Origin: Archangium sp.
GTDB lineage: Bacteria; Myxococcota; Myxococcia; Myxococcales; Myxococcaceae
Reading direction: 5' to 3'
Assembly: GCA_031367385.1 (NCBI GenBank)
Contig: JANLPS010000184.1
Span: forward strand, 1 to 13,500
Length of the DNA: 13,500 nucleotides
Numbering within the stretch: position 1 is the first letter of the stretch; each line of letters starts with the position of its first letter. The position numbers and the translations under genes are program-made. The notes below the pieces were generated by a model. It was not told the origin of the DNA and did not search any database. It saw only the letters and a list, made by a program, of their open reading frames with translations. Positions 1 to 8,106 of the stretch are shown piece by piece.

Positions 1-11
1 TTTTTCAGGCC

Positions 12-602
12 CTACGGAGCGAACGCCATCGGAGGAATCGTCTCGAGCGCGCGCATGAACGCCGCCCCCGCCGACTTCACCTTCGGCTCGACGACTTCAA
101 TCCACCCCGTCAGCGTTCGAATCGCCGGCTCGGTGTACTCCGCCAGGCGCGGGTCGACGACCGTCACGCCTCCGCCGACCGAGAGACCCGGCACCACCGG
201 CACAGGCACCATCGCCGTGACGCCGATCGCGCCTTTGCTGCCAAGCAGCGCGCCGCCCACGCCGAACACCGAGACGTAAATCGTCTTGCCCGTGATCGGG
301 TCATTGCCGAAGCTCACGAAGGGCACCGACACGCCGCCGACGCCCGTAAACCCGTCTTTGGTGTGCGCCCCGCCCGCGTAGCCCACGACGGTGCCGACGC
401 CCGCCGATTCGTAGTCTGAAAGTTCGCGATGCCCCTTCGCGTCGACGGCCGAGAGCACTCCGCCGGCCGTGGCGTACACGCCCCCAACCCCGGGGATGCC
501 ATACGAGACGTTTGCCGTGGCCGCGACCTGCATCGGGTCGGTCAGCCGGTGCCACTTCTCAAGAAGTGACGTCGGAGCGGCGGGAGCAAGCGGCGGAGCC
601 AT
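12..602 (-). CDS. Hypothetical protein, 196 aa, Gly/Val-rich and probably beta-rich, with a Pro/Ala-rich N-terminus
   Basis: ATG at 602 is immediately preceded by an in-frame TGA; stop TAG at 12-14. Third codon positions are GC-biased and the composition is protein-like (GVGGVYATAGG, GFTGVGGVSVPF, GLSVGGGVTVVDP). No family recognised. Confidence 0.75.
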   Translation of the reverse strand: MAPPLAPAAPTSLLEKWHRLTDPMQVAATANVSYGIPGVGGVYATAGGVLSAVDAKGHRELSDYESAGVGTVVGYAGGAHTKDGFTGVGGVSVPFVSFGNDPITGKTIYVSVFGVGGALLGSKGAIGVTAMVPVPVVPGLSVGGGVTVVDPRLAEYTEPAIRTLTGWIEVVEPKVKSAGAAFMRALETIPPMAFAP

Positions 603-609
603 TCAAGGG

Positions 610-661
610 TATCGGCTCACGTCAGTGTGAGTTGTGTCGGCCTTCAGGGCTCTCACGTTGT
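610..661 (-). promoter_or_regulatory. Tandem putative alternative-sigma (sigma28-like) promoter motifs upstream of the 196-aa ORF
   Basis: Minus strand reads ACAACG-N15-CCGACA (661..635) and ACAACT-N14-CCGATA (635..610). The latter is followed by 7 nt and then the ATG at 602. The -10 parts (GCCGACAC, GCCGATAC) resemble the FliA/WhiG -10 consensus GCCGATAA. Confidence 0.4.
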
Positions 662-703
662 GAGAAACCCAGGGTGAAAGCGCCGGCCAACCGCCTGAAA
701 TGC

Positions 704-2002
704 CTAGCGAGTTCCCCAGCGCTCGTCGCGAACGGTGACCAGCGCCCACGGCAAAATCCACTGCAGGAGCACGAGGGAGAACGCTGCGTAGAGCACCCCG
801 TACATCCACCTGAAGCCGCGCTCGAAGCGCATGTAGTAGGCGGCCGAGAAGATCGCGCCGAGCAGCAAGGCGATCAGCGCGCGCCCGACTCCGCCCATGT
901 TGGTGTCGAAGAGCCGCGGCAGCTCCATCAGCGCCACCGCCACCAGTACGAAGCGCAAGTTCGAAACGAAGAACGTCACCACCGGCAGAATTCGGTTCTT
1001 CTCGCGGTACCGCGTGAACATGAACCTGGCGAACGAGAACCCTTCGACGATGTACGAGCGATCCCACCGCAAGAACATGCGCGAGAGCTGCTGGTACGAC
1101 GTGGGCACCAGCGTGTGCACCACCGCCGAGCGCTGGTACACCGTGTCGAAGCCCTGGCGCAGCACGATGTTGGTCAGCGCCTGATCTTCGCCGTGGTTCA
1201 CCGGCCGGCCCAAGAAGCGTTGGTTCTCCCACTCGTCGAGGTACGGCAGAATCGCGCCGCGCCGAAACGCCGAGAGCGCACCCGGGCAGCAGGCCACGGC
1301 CCGGTACACCGACTGCGCCGCGCGGCCGAAGTCGAACGCCAGGGCGAACTGCACCTCGAGCATGCGGCTGATCATCGTGTCGCGGTTGAGCACCGCCACC
1401 CGCCCCGCCACGCCGCCCACCTTCGGGTCGGCCAGAAACGGCGCCACCATCTCGTGAATCGTGGTCGGGCTGATCTCGCTGTCTGAATCGATGGTGATGA
1501 CGATGTCGCCGGTCGCGGCGCGAAACCCCGCCACCAACGCCGAGCGCTTGCCGCGGTTGCCGATGAAGCGAACCAACCGCACCAGGTCGGGGAACTCGCG
1601 ACGCAGGTGCTGCATGTGAAAGAACGTGTCATCGCGCGAGCCGTCATCGACGACGATCACCTCGAGCTTGTCTTTCGGGTACGCGCACGCCGCCACGGAG
1701 CGAATGCTCTGCCCGACCATCGGCCCCTCATTGAACGCGGGGATCACGACGGTCACCTTCGGCCACTGCGCACCTTCGGGAGCGACGAAGGTCTTGTACC
1801 GCATCCACAGCACGCTCAGCAGGCCGGTGTAGATGGCTTGAATCAGCGCGATCGCGCCAATCGGGTGCGTGACCATGCCGATCACCGCCGACGAGGGCGA
1901 GCCGTCTTCGGTCAGCTTGAGCCACAGCAAGCTCACCACCGCGCCAATCAGCGGAGACGCGCCGGCCACCTTGCCGCTGAACCTGCTCAGCTTGGTCGTC
2001 AT
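704..2002 (-). CDS. Membrane-embedded processive GT2 glycosyltransferase, hyaluronan synthase/NodC/chitin-synthase-like, 432 aa
   Basis: Motifs VVIPAFNE, VIVVDDGSRD, GNRGKRSAL, TIDSDS (DxD), CCPGALSAFR, GEDQALT (catalytic base motif), MFLRW (QxxRW position) and C-terminal WGTR. Two N-terminal and several C-terminal hydrophobic segments, as in class I HAS. Confidence 0.92.
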   Translation of the reverse strand: MTTKLSRFSGKVAGASPLIGAVVSLLWLKLTEDGSPSSAVIGMVTHPIGAIALIQAIYTGLLSVLWMRYKTFVAPEGAQWPKVTVVIPAFNEGPMVGQSIRSVAACAYPKDKLEVIVVDDGSRDDTFFHMQHLRREFPDLVRLVRFIGNRGKRSALVAGFRAATGDIVITIDSDSEISPTTIHEMVAPFLADPKVGGVAGRVAVLNRDTMISRMLEVQFALAFDFGRAAQSVYRAVACCPGALSAFRRGAILPYLDEWENQRFLGRPVNHGEDQALTNIVLRQGFDTVYQRSAVVHTLVPTSYQQLSRMFLRWDRSYIVEGFSFARFMFTRYREKNRILPVVTFFVSNLRFVLVAVALMELPRLFDTNMGGVGRALIALLLGAIFSAAYYMRFERGFRWMYGVLYAAFSLVLLQWILPWALVTVRDERWGTR

Positions 2003-5000
2003 GACTTGGCGCCTCCACCGAGAATGCGCCTCAGCACGCCATCGGGCAGCGAGTACGCCTCGGGGGCCGTCATGTCGCCGTGCGCGACGAGCAACTTGGT
2101 GTCGGCCAATAACCGCACCATCACGCTGGCCGCCTCCTGCGCGCGACGCTTGAGCTCTGCCGGTGCGAGATGCGCGTTCAACCCGGTGGCCGTGAAGCGC
2201 TCCATCACCTGAGCTTCGCCCAACTGGTGCAAGGTCGACACTGGCACCTTGTCGGCCTTCGCCAGCGCCCTCAGCAACACCCCCGCCGAGGTCTCGGCCT
2301 GGGCAATCTCAGACTCGACCCACACCCGCAGCGGAGACCCGCCCCGCTCTTCACGCGCGATCGCCTCAGTCGCTCCCTGAATGCCTACACGCACCGCGCC
2401 CAGCGCACCTTGCCGTGCACGGTCAGTGTCATAGAGCTCGAGCACCGAGGTGCCGAGGCGGCGAAGCAACAAGGGCACTCCGTGCGAGGCGCGAATCAAG
2501 GCCTGCAGCGCGTCGTCTTCGAAGCGAATGCCTTGGCGGGCGCCCAGCCCTCGCATCATCGCGAACGCGGCGTCGTCATCGAGCGCTGGCACGCAGATCG
2601 ACGAGAACGCCCCCATCAGTGACTGCCCACCCAGCGTGGTCAGGGGAGCCCACAGCAGCGGGTGTACCGCCGCGCAGAGCACCACGCCCACCGTGCTGCC
2701 TGAATGCGCTGAGGTCGGCTCGGCCAACGCGCTGCGCAGCCGGCCCACCAGCGTGGCCAGCACCTCGAGCGCCCGACCCAACTTCTCGGGCGAGGTCGAC
2801 AGCAGCTGCTCGACCTCGTCAATCACCAGCAGCATCGGCGGAGGCGCGGTGCCGCTCGACGTGCCGCACGCCGACGAGAGCGCGCGAACCCACCCCGCCA
2901 GGGTCGGCGCGTCGAGCACGCTCGGCACGATCGGCACCACGGCCGCGGGGTAGAGCAACGTCGTCGACTCGGCCAGGCGCATCACCAGCGTCTTCAGAAT
3001 GGCCTCGACCGCGACCGCTGGGGTTTCTCCGTAGAGCACCTCGTGCGAGAACCCGGCGAGGTCGACGTACGCCGAAGGCCCGGTGGTGCGCCGGGCCACC
3101 TCGAGCGCCAGCGACGACTTGCCGAAGCGCCGCAGCCCGGTGACGACCACCCAGTTGCCCGCGCGTGACTCGGTCAGCAGGCCCGCGACCAGGCGCTCCC
3201 GGTTCCAAAACTGGCTCGAGCTGCGAACTGGCCCGCGAACCTCGAAGGGGTTGCCGCGCAGGGTGGTGGCCTCGACCAGGTCGAGCAGATCTTCGTCGCG
3301 GGTCGCCCACGCCAACCGCGAGATGGCCAGAGGCAGCACCTGCACGGCCCGGGTGCCTCCGCGGGCGGCCCAGTCGAGGGTGGCTCGCACCGCCCCGAGA
3401 TCGGGCACGGCCGTATCGGCGTGCAGCAAGAACACCACGCGCGTGTCTTCTCGCAGCGCCACCGCCGCCGCGTGGTTCACGTCGGCTTCGCGCAGCGCCG
3501 TGGTGCCCGGAGCGAGCACCGCCACCGCGTTCGCGCCCCACCGCTCCCAGGCAGGCGTCGCCGGCAGCTCGAGCCGCAGCATGTCGTGCCGCGAGGGCAA
3601 CAAGAGCCGCCAGGTGCTGCGGGTGACGACCAGCTCGAGCCCCTCGAGGTGCTCGCGCACCGTTCTCATCGGGCCCGCGAACGTTCGCCGCGCGCGCCGC
3701 AAGCGCAGCAGCCACCCGAACACGACGACCGCCAGGCCGATCGCGATCAGCCCCGCGATGCTCAGCCGGCGGTGACGCACCCAGCTCTGCTGCAGCTCCG
3801 AGACGGCGTCGCAGTCATAGTGCGTACCCAGCTCGGTCTCGAGACAGGCCTGGCACCGGGCGATCGACAGCCCCGCCGCCTCGCAGGCCGAGGTCTGATT
3901 CAGCACATGCCCGAACCACGCGGGAAACGTCTCGCCGTGCCGCAGCTTGGCCAGCTCGGCCGGGCGCAGGCCACCCGCCTCGAGGCGCCATGGTGACGCG
4001 GTGATGGTTTCTCCCATGCCTTTGGCGATCGCGCCCAGGGCCACCAGCGATTGCTCGAAAGACGAGCCGGTACCGAAGCGCTCGTCGCACTGGGCCCGCA
4101 GCTTGGCCATCGCCGAGTCGCTCTCGCTGGCGTCGACGCGCACCATCTCAGCGGGCGTCGGCGGGTGGCTGAATTCGTCGGCGATGGTGATGGTGGCGCC
4201 GCTCCAGAGCAGCGAGGCGACCCGCTGGCACACCTCGAGCTCAGGCGCCGCCGTCGGCGAGGCCGGAGTGGTGCCCCAATTCGAAATCACCTTCAGCACC
4301 TCGGGTTGATCGATGCCGCATTCCTTGATGCGCAGGTGCTGCAGGGCCTTCGAAGCGCGGCCACAGCGGTCGATGGCGTCTCCGTCTTTGATGAAGTTGG
4401 CGAACGAATCGACCAGCGGCAACGTGCGGGCATCGAGCGCGGTGGGCGGAGGCAGGTGCGCGGCGGCCCACGCGCGGTACGACGCGGTGCTGTCGGCGTC
4501 AGCGAGGTAGCACAAAAACAATTTGCCCCGCGCCGCGGCCGAGAGCTCACCCAGCGGGCCCTGGCCCTTCTCCTTGCGACTGACGGGGAAGTCTTGCAGC
4601 CAGGCCCGCACGGTGTCTGCGTTCAGCGTGCCGCAGGGCGTGGCCCACATCTCTTCGATGCGACGGCGAATGATCAACGGCCCCGTCGTGTCGAGCAGCT
4701 CGACCAATTGCCGCGCGCGCCCGCATTCTTTGGGGCCGCTGCGCTCATCGCAGCCTGAGAACTCGAGGTACGAGAGGGTGAGCTTGAGCGCGGCCGACAA
4801 CGGCGGCCCGGCGGGGCCTGGCGGCTCTGGGTGCTCCGAATGCGCCTCGGCCATGAACGCCTCGGGCAGCGGGCCGCGGGAGTCGAAGAAGGCGTCGATG
4901 CCGGAGGTGCCCTGCGCCCGGTAGTGCTCCCAGGTATTGGGGGCGGTGAGCTTGAAGGCCTCGATCAGAATGCGCCGGTTCCACAACGGGGTGCCGCCGC

Positions 5001-5481
5001 GCAGCAGGTGCGCGAAGTGCCGCTCGGCCTCGGTCGAGCCGACCATTCGCGGCAAGGTGTCGCTGACGCCCGACGCGAAGTCATCGAGCTGGGCGAGGCC
5101 CTTCGAGACCGCCGACCACCCGTTGAGCACCGTCTGGAGCTGCTGCTGCACCTCGGGCGAGACGCAGCTGTTGGCGTTGCGCGCCGACCCTTTGAGCAGC
5201 GAGCTGGCGAAGGCCGCCGCCTCGTCGCATTGCTGTTCTTTGGCATTCACACACGCTTCGACTCGCGCCGAGGCGACCAGGCCCTTGTCTTTTGCATCAG
5301 TGAGCTCGGCTTCGCAGCGATCGCGGGTCGACGTCGCCGACCGGGCCGATTCTGCGCAGGTCGACAACATGCGCTGGCTGGTCGCTAAACGCTGCTCGAC
5401 CTCGACGCACGAAACGCCACCATCAGCAGCGGCGAAGGCGGCGCTCGACGCCAGAGAAATCACCAGAAAGACGAACTTCAT
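1999..5481 (-). CDS. Single-pass membrane protein with a Cys-rich ectodomain and a cytoplasmic STAND/AAA-type P-loop ATPase, 1160 aa
   Basis: Start placed at ATG 5481 (MKFVFLVISLASSAAFA, signal-peptide-like) rather than 5865, which overlaps the divergent gene. TM helix LSIAGLIAIGLAVVVFGWLL (~3765-3706) is followed by RLRRARR. NPFEVRGPV..FWNRE motif (~3252), Walker A VVVTGLRRFGKSS (~3138-3115), Walker B LLVIDE (~2832-2815) and the GxP motif SHGVPLLLRRLG. The stop overlaps the GT2 start (ATGA, 1999-2002). Confidence 0.88.
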   Translation of the reverse strand: MKFVFLVISLASSAAFAAADGGVSCVEVEQRLATSQRMLSTCAESARSATSTRDRCEAELTDAKDKGLVASARVEACVNAKEQQCDEAAAFASSLLKGSARNANSCVSPEVQQQLQTVLNGWSAVSKGLAQLDDFASGVSDTLPRMVGSTEAERHFAHLLRGGTPLWNRRILIEAFKLTAPNTWEHYRAQGTSGIDAFFDSRGPLPEAFMAEAHSEHPEPPGPAGPPLSAALKLTLSYLEFSGCDERSGPKECGRARQLVELLDTTGPLIIRRRIEEMWATPCGTLNADTVRAWLQDFPVSRKEKGQGPLGELSAAARGKLFLCYLADADSTASYRAWAAAHLPPPTALDARTLPLVDSFANFIKDGDAIDRCGRASKALQHLRIKECGIDQPEVLKVISNWGTTPASPTAAPELEVCQRVASLLWSGATITIADEFSHPPTPAEMVRVDASESDSAMAKLRAQCDERFGTGSSFEQSLVALGAIAKGMGETITASPWRLEAGGLRPAELAKLRHGETFPAWFGHVLNQTSACEAAGLSIARCQACLETELGTHYDCDAVSELQQSWVRHRRLSIAGLIAIGLAVVVFGWLLRLRRARRTFAGPMRTVREHLEGLELVVTRSTWRLLLPSRHDMLRLELPATPAWERWGANAVAVLAPGTTALREADVNHAAAVALREDTRVVFLLHADTAVPDLGAVRATLDWAARGGTRAVQVLPLAISRLAWATRDEDLLDLVEATTLRGNPFEVRGPVRSSSQFWNRERLVAGLLTESRAGNWVVVTGLRRFGKSSLALEVARRTTGPSAYVDLAGFSHEVLYGETPAVAVEAILKTLVMRLAESTTLLYPAAVVPIVPSVLDAPTLAGWVRALSSACGTSSGTAPPPMLLVIDEVEQLLSTSPEKLGRALEVLATLVGRLRSALAEPTSAHSGSTVGVVLCAAVHPLLWAPLTTLGGQSLMGAFSSICVPALDDDAAFAMMRGLGARQGIRFEDDALQALIRASHGVPLLLRRLGTSVLELYDTDRARQGALGAVRVGIQGATEAIAREERGGSPLRVWVESEIAQAETSAGVLLRALAKADKVPVSTLHQLGEAQVMERFTATGLNAHLAPAELKRRAQEAASVMVRLLADTKLLVAHGDMTAPEAYSLPDGVLRRILGGGAKS

Positions 5482-5562
5482 TGTCGGGGCGTGGTCATAC
5501 CAGGTGTCACCCTGCGAGGGAGCGGGCTTTCGTACGCGCTCAGAAGTGATAGGCCCCTGCCG

Positions 5563-7725
5563 GTGCGACGTGGTCTGGTCTCGGGGCTCTGGTGTGTGGC
5601 GTTGCTCGCGGTCTCGACGCTGCCCTCGCGGCTGGCGTCGGTGATGCACGGGCGCGCGGCACTGTGGGAAAAAGCCGTTCGCATCTTCGCGGGCGCGATT
5701 CTCGACCTCTCGGCGGTGATCGCGGTGCTGGTGCCGATCATCTGGCTTTTGGCGGTGCTGCCGGGGGTGTTGTTCAAGCCCCGCGCGAAGTGGCAACAGC
5801 TGGCGGCGCCTCTGTTGAGCCTGCCGATCTGCTTCGCGGTGTACCTGTTGGCGATCACCGCGCAAGAGGTCAAATCAGAGCGCGGCGCGTTTCCCACGAT
5901 GTTTGATTTGGCCGAGGGCGGAGGCAACGCCTCGTTCGTCGGCGGCGCGCTCGGGTTCATTCGGCTCGACCGCATCTGGGTGCCGCTGATCGTCTTTCTG
6001 GTGCTCACGGCGACGGTGCTGTTCTTCGCGGTTCGATGGGCTCGCCGAAGCGCTCAGCCTGAGCCGAAAGCCGCGTGGGTGTTCGGCCTGAGCGGTGGTC
6101 TGGGCCTGGGCATCGGAGCGCTCTTCGTGTTGGCGCAGCTCCAAGCAGCCGTCGCCAACCGCACCAGCCCCGCCGCGCTGGGAGACCCGTTGACCGGCAT
6201 CGTCGAGAGCTCGTTCGACATGCTCCAGCACCGGAGCGCGGCGACGCCTCGAGAGTTGACCTTGGAGGTCGAGCTGCCCGCGGGCTCTTCGGCGCTCGGC
6301 GCGACGCGAATCGGGTGGCCAAGAGCGAACGCGATGACGCCGATCGCTGGGGCGACCTGCTTTCACCCCCGGGCCCGCCCACTCGGAGCCGACCCGGGCG
6401 CCTCAGGCCACGCACTGATCACGGCCCTCGAAGCGGTCTCGAAGGCGCTCTTCACCAATGGCGACGGGCGAATCGCTATGTTCGAGCTCTCGCTCGAGAG
6501 CTTTCGGGCCGATGACGTGCACGCCTTGAACCCGCTGGCGCCGGTCGAGATCGACCCGTTCACCACCGGCCTCTACGACGCTGCCCACCGCGGCGGCGGC
6601 GAGGGTGTGCTGGCCAGCTCGAAGATGTACCAGGCGGGTGTTCGCACCGCGCAAGGCCTCGGCGCGCTGACCTGCGGCATCGGCACCCTGCCCTACAACC
6701 TCAGCATCATTCGCGACTTGCAGCCCTTCGCCCTGCGCTGCGCCGGAGACGTGCTGCACGACGCGGGCTTCGGCGCCTCGTTCTATTACGGCTCAGACGC
6801 CACCTTCGATCAGATGGATCAATTTCTGAAATCGCACGGAGTCACGAAGCTCGTCTCGCAGGTCGAGCTGCCCAAGAACCTGCCCAAAGGCGCGTGGGAT
6901 GGCGTGACAGACCTGGCGGTGTTTCACGAAGCCGTGCAGGCGATGGCGCAGTCGGTGGAGACCGGGCCGCAGTTCTCGTTCGTGATGTCGCTGTCGAACC
7001 ATTCGCCGTACACGCCGCCCGAAGACCTGCCAGCCGCAGTCACTGAGCGGGTCGACCGCGCGTTGAAGACCGCCTCGCACCGGGCCGAGTCAGACGATCG
7101 CCGCCGGTTGTTGACCCACTCGTACACCGACGCCGCGGTCGAGAAGTTCTTCGCCGAGCTTTCGACCACGAACCTGGCGGAGCGCTCGATCGTGCTGCTC
7201 TCGGCCGACCACTCGACGGGTGAGAACTACATCTGGGGCATGGGCGACCCCGAGACCGATGACGCGAAGGCGCGAATTCCGTTCGCGATTGTGATCCCTC
7301 CGGCGTTCATGGCGAGGGTCAGCGACCGTGTGGCGCTGGTGAAGGCGCTCGAGGAGGCGCAGCGGCAGCTCGAAGCGGCTCCGATTTCGCAGAATGACGT
7401 GCCGGCGATGATCTTGGCCCTGGTGTCGGCGAACCCCGCGATCACCGCGATGCCTGCTTCGGCGAAGTGGCACACGTTGGGCGGCCAGCGCACCAGCGCG
7501 ACCTTCGCCCCAGGGGGTGACGAGCGCTCGTTCATCATCGGCATCAACGGGGTCAGTGAGTTTTTCACCCTCGACCGCGAAGGCACGCGCGTGGGCGGGT
7601 ACGAAGACTCGGTGTTCTTGAAGACGCGGGCCGATCGCTACCGGGTCACGCCGCGGCTGATACCCGTGGCGGCGACCTTGGCTGAGACCCTTCGGTGGAG
7701 CTGTCAGCCTTCTTCAGCGCGGTAG
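5563..7725 (+). CDS. LTA-synthase/MdoB-like (alkaline phosphatase/sulfatase superfamily) membrane enzyme, probable phospho-substituent transferase
   Basis: About 5 N-terminal hydrophobic helices followed by a soluble domain with LSLESF (metal-binding Glu), GVRTAQG (Thr nucleophile position), SLSNHSPY, YTDAAVEKFF and LSADH. The start is uncertain: the ORF is open from GTG 5491, and GTG 5563 is preferred because it leaves room for divergent promoters and follows TGATAGGCC by 7 nt. Confidence 0.85.
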   Translation: MRRGLVSGLWCVALLAVSTLPSRLASVMHGRAALWEKAVRIFAGAILDLSAVIAVLVPIIWLLAVLPGVLFKPRAKWQQLAAPLLSLPICFAVYLLAITAQEVKSERGAFPTMFDLAEGGGNASFVGGALGFIRLDRIWVPLIVFLVLTATVLFFAVRWARRSAQPEPKAAWVFGLSGGLGLGIGALFVLAQLQAAVANRTSPAALGDPLTGIVESSFDMLQHRSAATPRELTLEVELPAGSSALGATRIGWPRANAMTPIAGATCFHPRARPLGADPGASGHALITALEAVSKALFTNGDGRIAMFELSLESFRADDVHALNPLAPVEIDPFTTGLYDAAHRGGGEGVLASSKMYQAGVRTAQGLGALTCGIGTLPYNLSIIRDLQPFALRCAGDVLHDAGFGASFYYGSDATFDQMDQFLKSHGVTKLVSQVELPKNLPKGAWDGVTDLAVFHEAVQAMAQSVETGPQFSFVMSLSNHSPYTPPEDLPAAVTERVDRALKTASHRAESDDRRRLLTHSYTDAAVEKFFAELSTTNLAERSIVLLSADHSTGENYIWGMGDPETDDAKARIPFAIVIPPAFMARVSDRVALVKALEEAQRQLEAAPISQNDVPAMILALVSANPAITAMPASAKWHTLGGQRTSATFAPGGDERSFIIGINGVSEFFTLDREGTRVGGYEDSVFLKTRADRYRVTPRLIPVAATLAETLRWSCQPSSAR

Positions 7726-8099
7726 CGGGCCATCACCTCGGCGTGGCTGACCGCGGCCTTCGAGGTACCGGCCATTTGGTAACGAACGGGCGTCAGGCGA
7801 CCAGGCGTCACCGTGTCGCTGACGATCTGCAAGAGCACCGGGTAGGTAGAGCCGTTGTAGTCGGCGTACGACGGCACCCGGCCGAGCTCTTCGAGTGACG
7901 CGCGGTCGAGCACGCGCACGATGAACTGGGAGTCGGCCTTCGCCGTCGCGCCCAGCTCACTGAGCATCTTGAAGGCCGTGCCGGTCGCGCCGAAAGACAC
8001 GCCGAAGGTCGACACTTTCTGGCTGCGCAAAGAGCCGATGAGATCGCCGATGGGGTCTCGGCGAAAGCTTCGCGCGGCTGCAGTCAGGGCTGGAATCAT
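7704..8099 (-). CDS. Hypothetical protein, 131 aa
   Basis: ATG start, GC3-biased codons and globular composition. It fills the gap between the LtaS-like and PIG-L genes, with a 22-bp convergent overlap with the LtaS-like gene end. No family recognised. Confidence 0.65.
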   Translation of the reverse strand: MIPALTAAARSFRRDPIGDLIGSLRSQKVSTFGVSFGATGTAFKMLSELGATAKADSQFIVRVLDRASLEELGRVPSYADYNGSTYPVLLQIVSDTVTPGRLTPVRYQMAGTSKAAVSHAEVMARYRAEEG

Positions 8100-8106
8100 G
8101 CGGAGT

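Noticed and set aside
616..665. CRP/FNR-type binding site
   Set aside because: The half-sites are in TCAC..GTGA order, the reverse of TGTGA-N6-TCACA, and the TGTGA(626)-TCAC(653) spacing is far too long.
512..1486. 324-aa plus-strand ORF and the many similar long alternative-frame ORFs (e.g. 2819-3715, 8106-9170, 10783-11793, 12549-13352)
   Set aside because: These are shadow ORFs typical of high-GC DNA. They are Arg/Pro/Ala-rich and overlap genes with clear motifs.
704..2002. Assigning the gene symbol hasA, nodC or pgaC
   Set aside because: The catalytic motifs deviate (GEDQ, MFLRW) and no hasB, nodAB or pgaABD context is present, so the product cannot be fixed from sequence.
1999..5481. 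Wzc/BY-kinase polysaccharide co-polymerase call for the large protein
   Set aside because: It has a cleavable-type signal plus one TM helix, no C-terminal Tyr cluster, and STAND-type NPF, hhhhDE and GxP motifs rather than a MinD-like Walker A'.
5482..5865. 128-aa N-terminal extension of the 1288-aa ORF
   Set aside because: It is an Arg/Gln/His-rich antisense read of the LtaS-like gene's TM region; a good signal peptide starts at ATG 5481.
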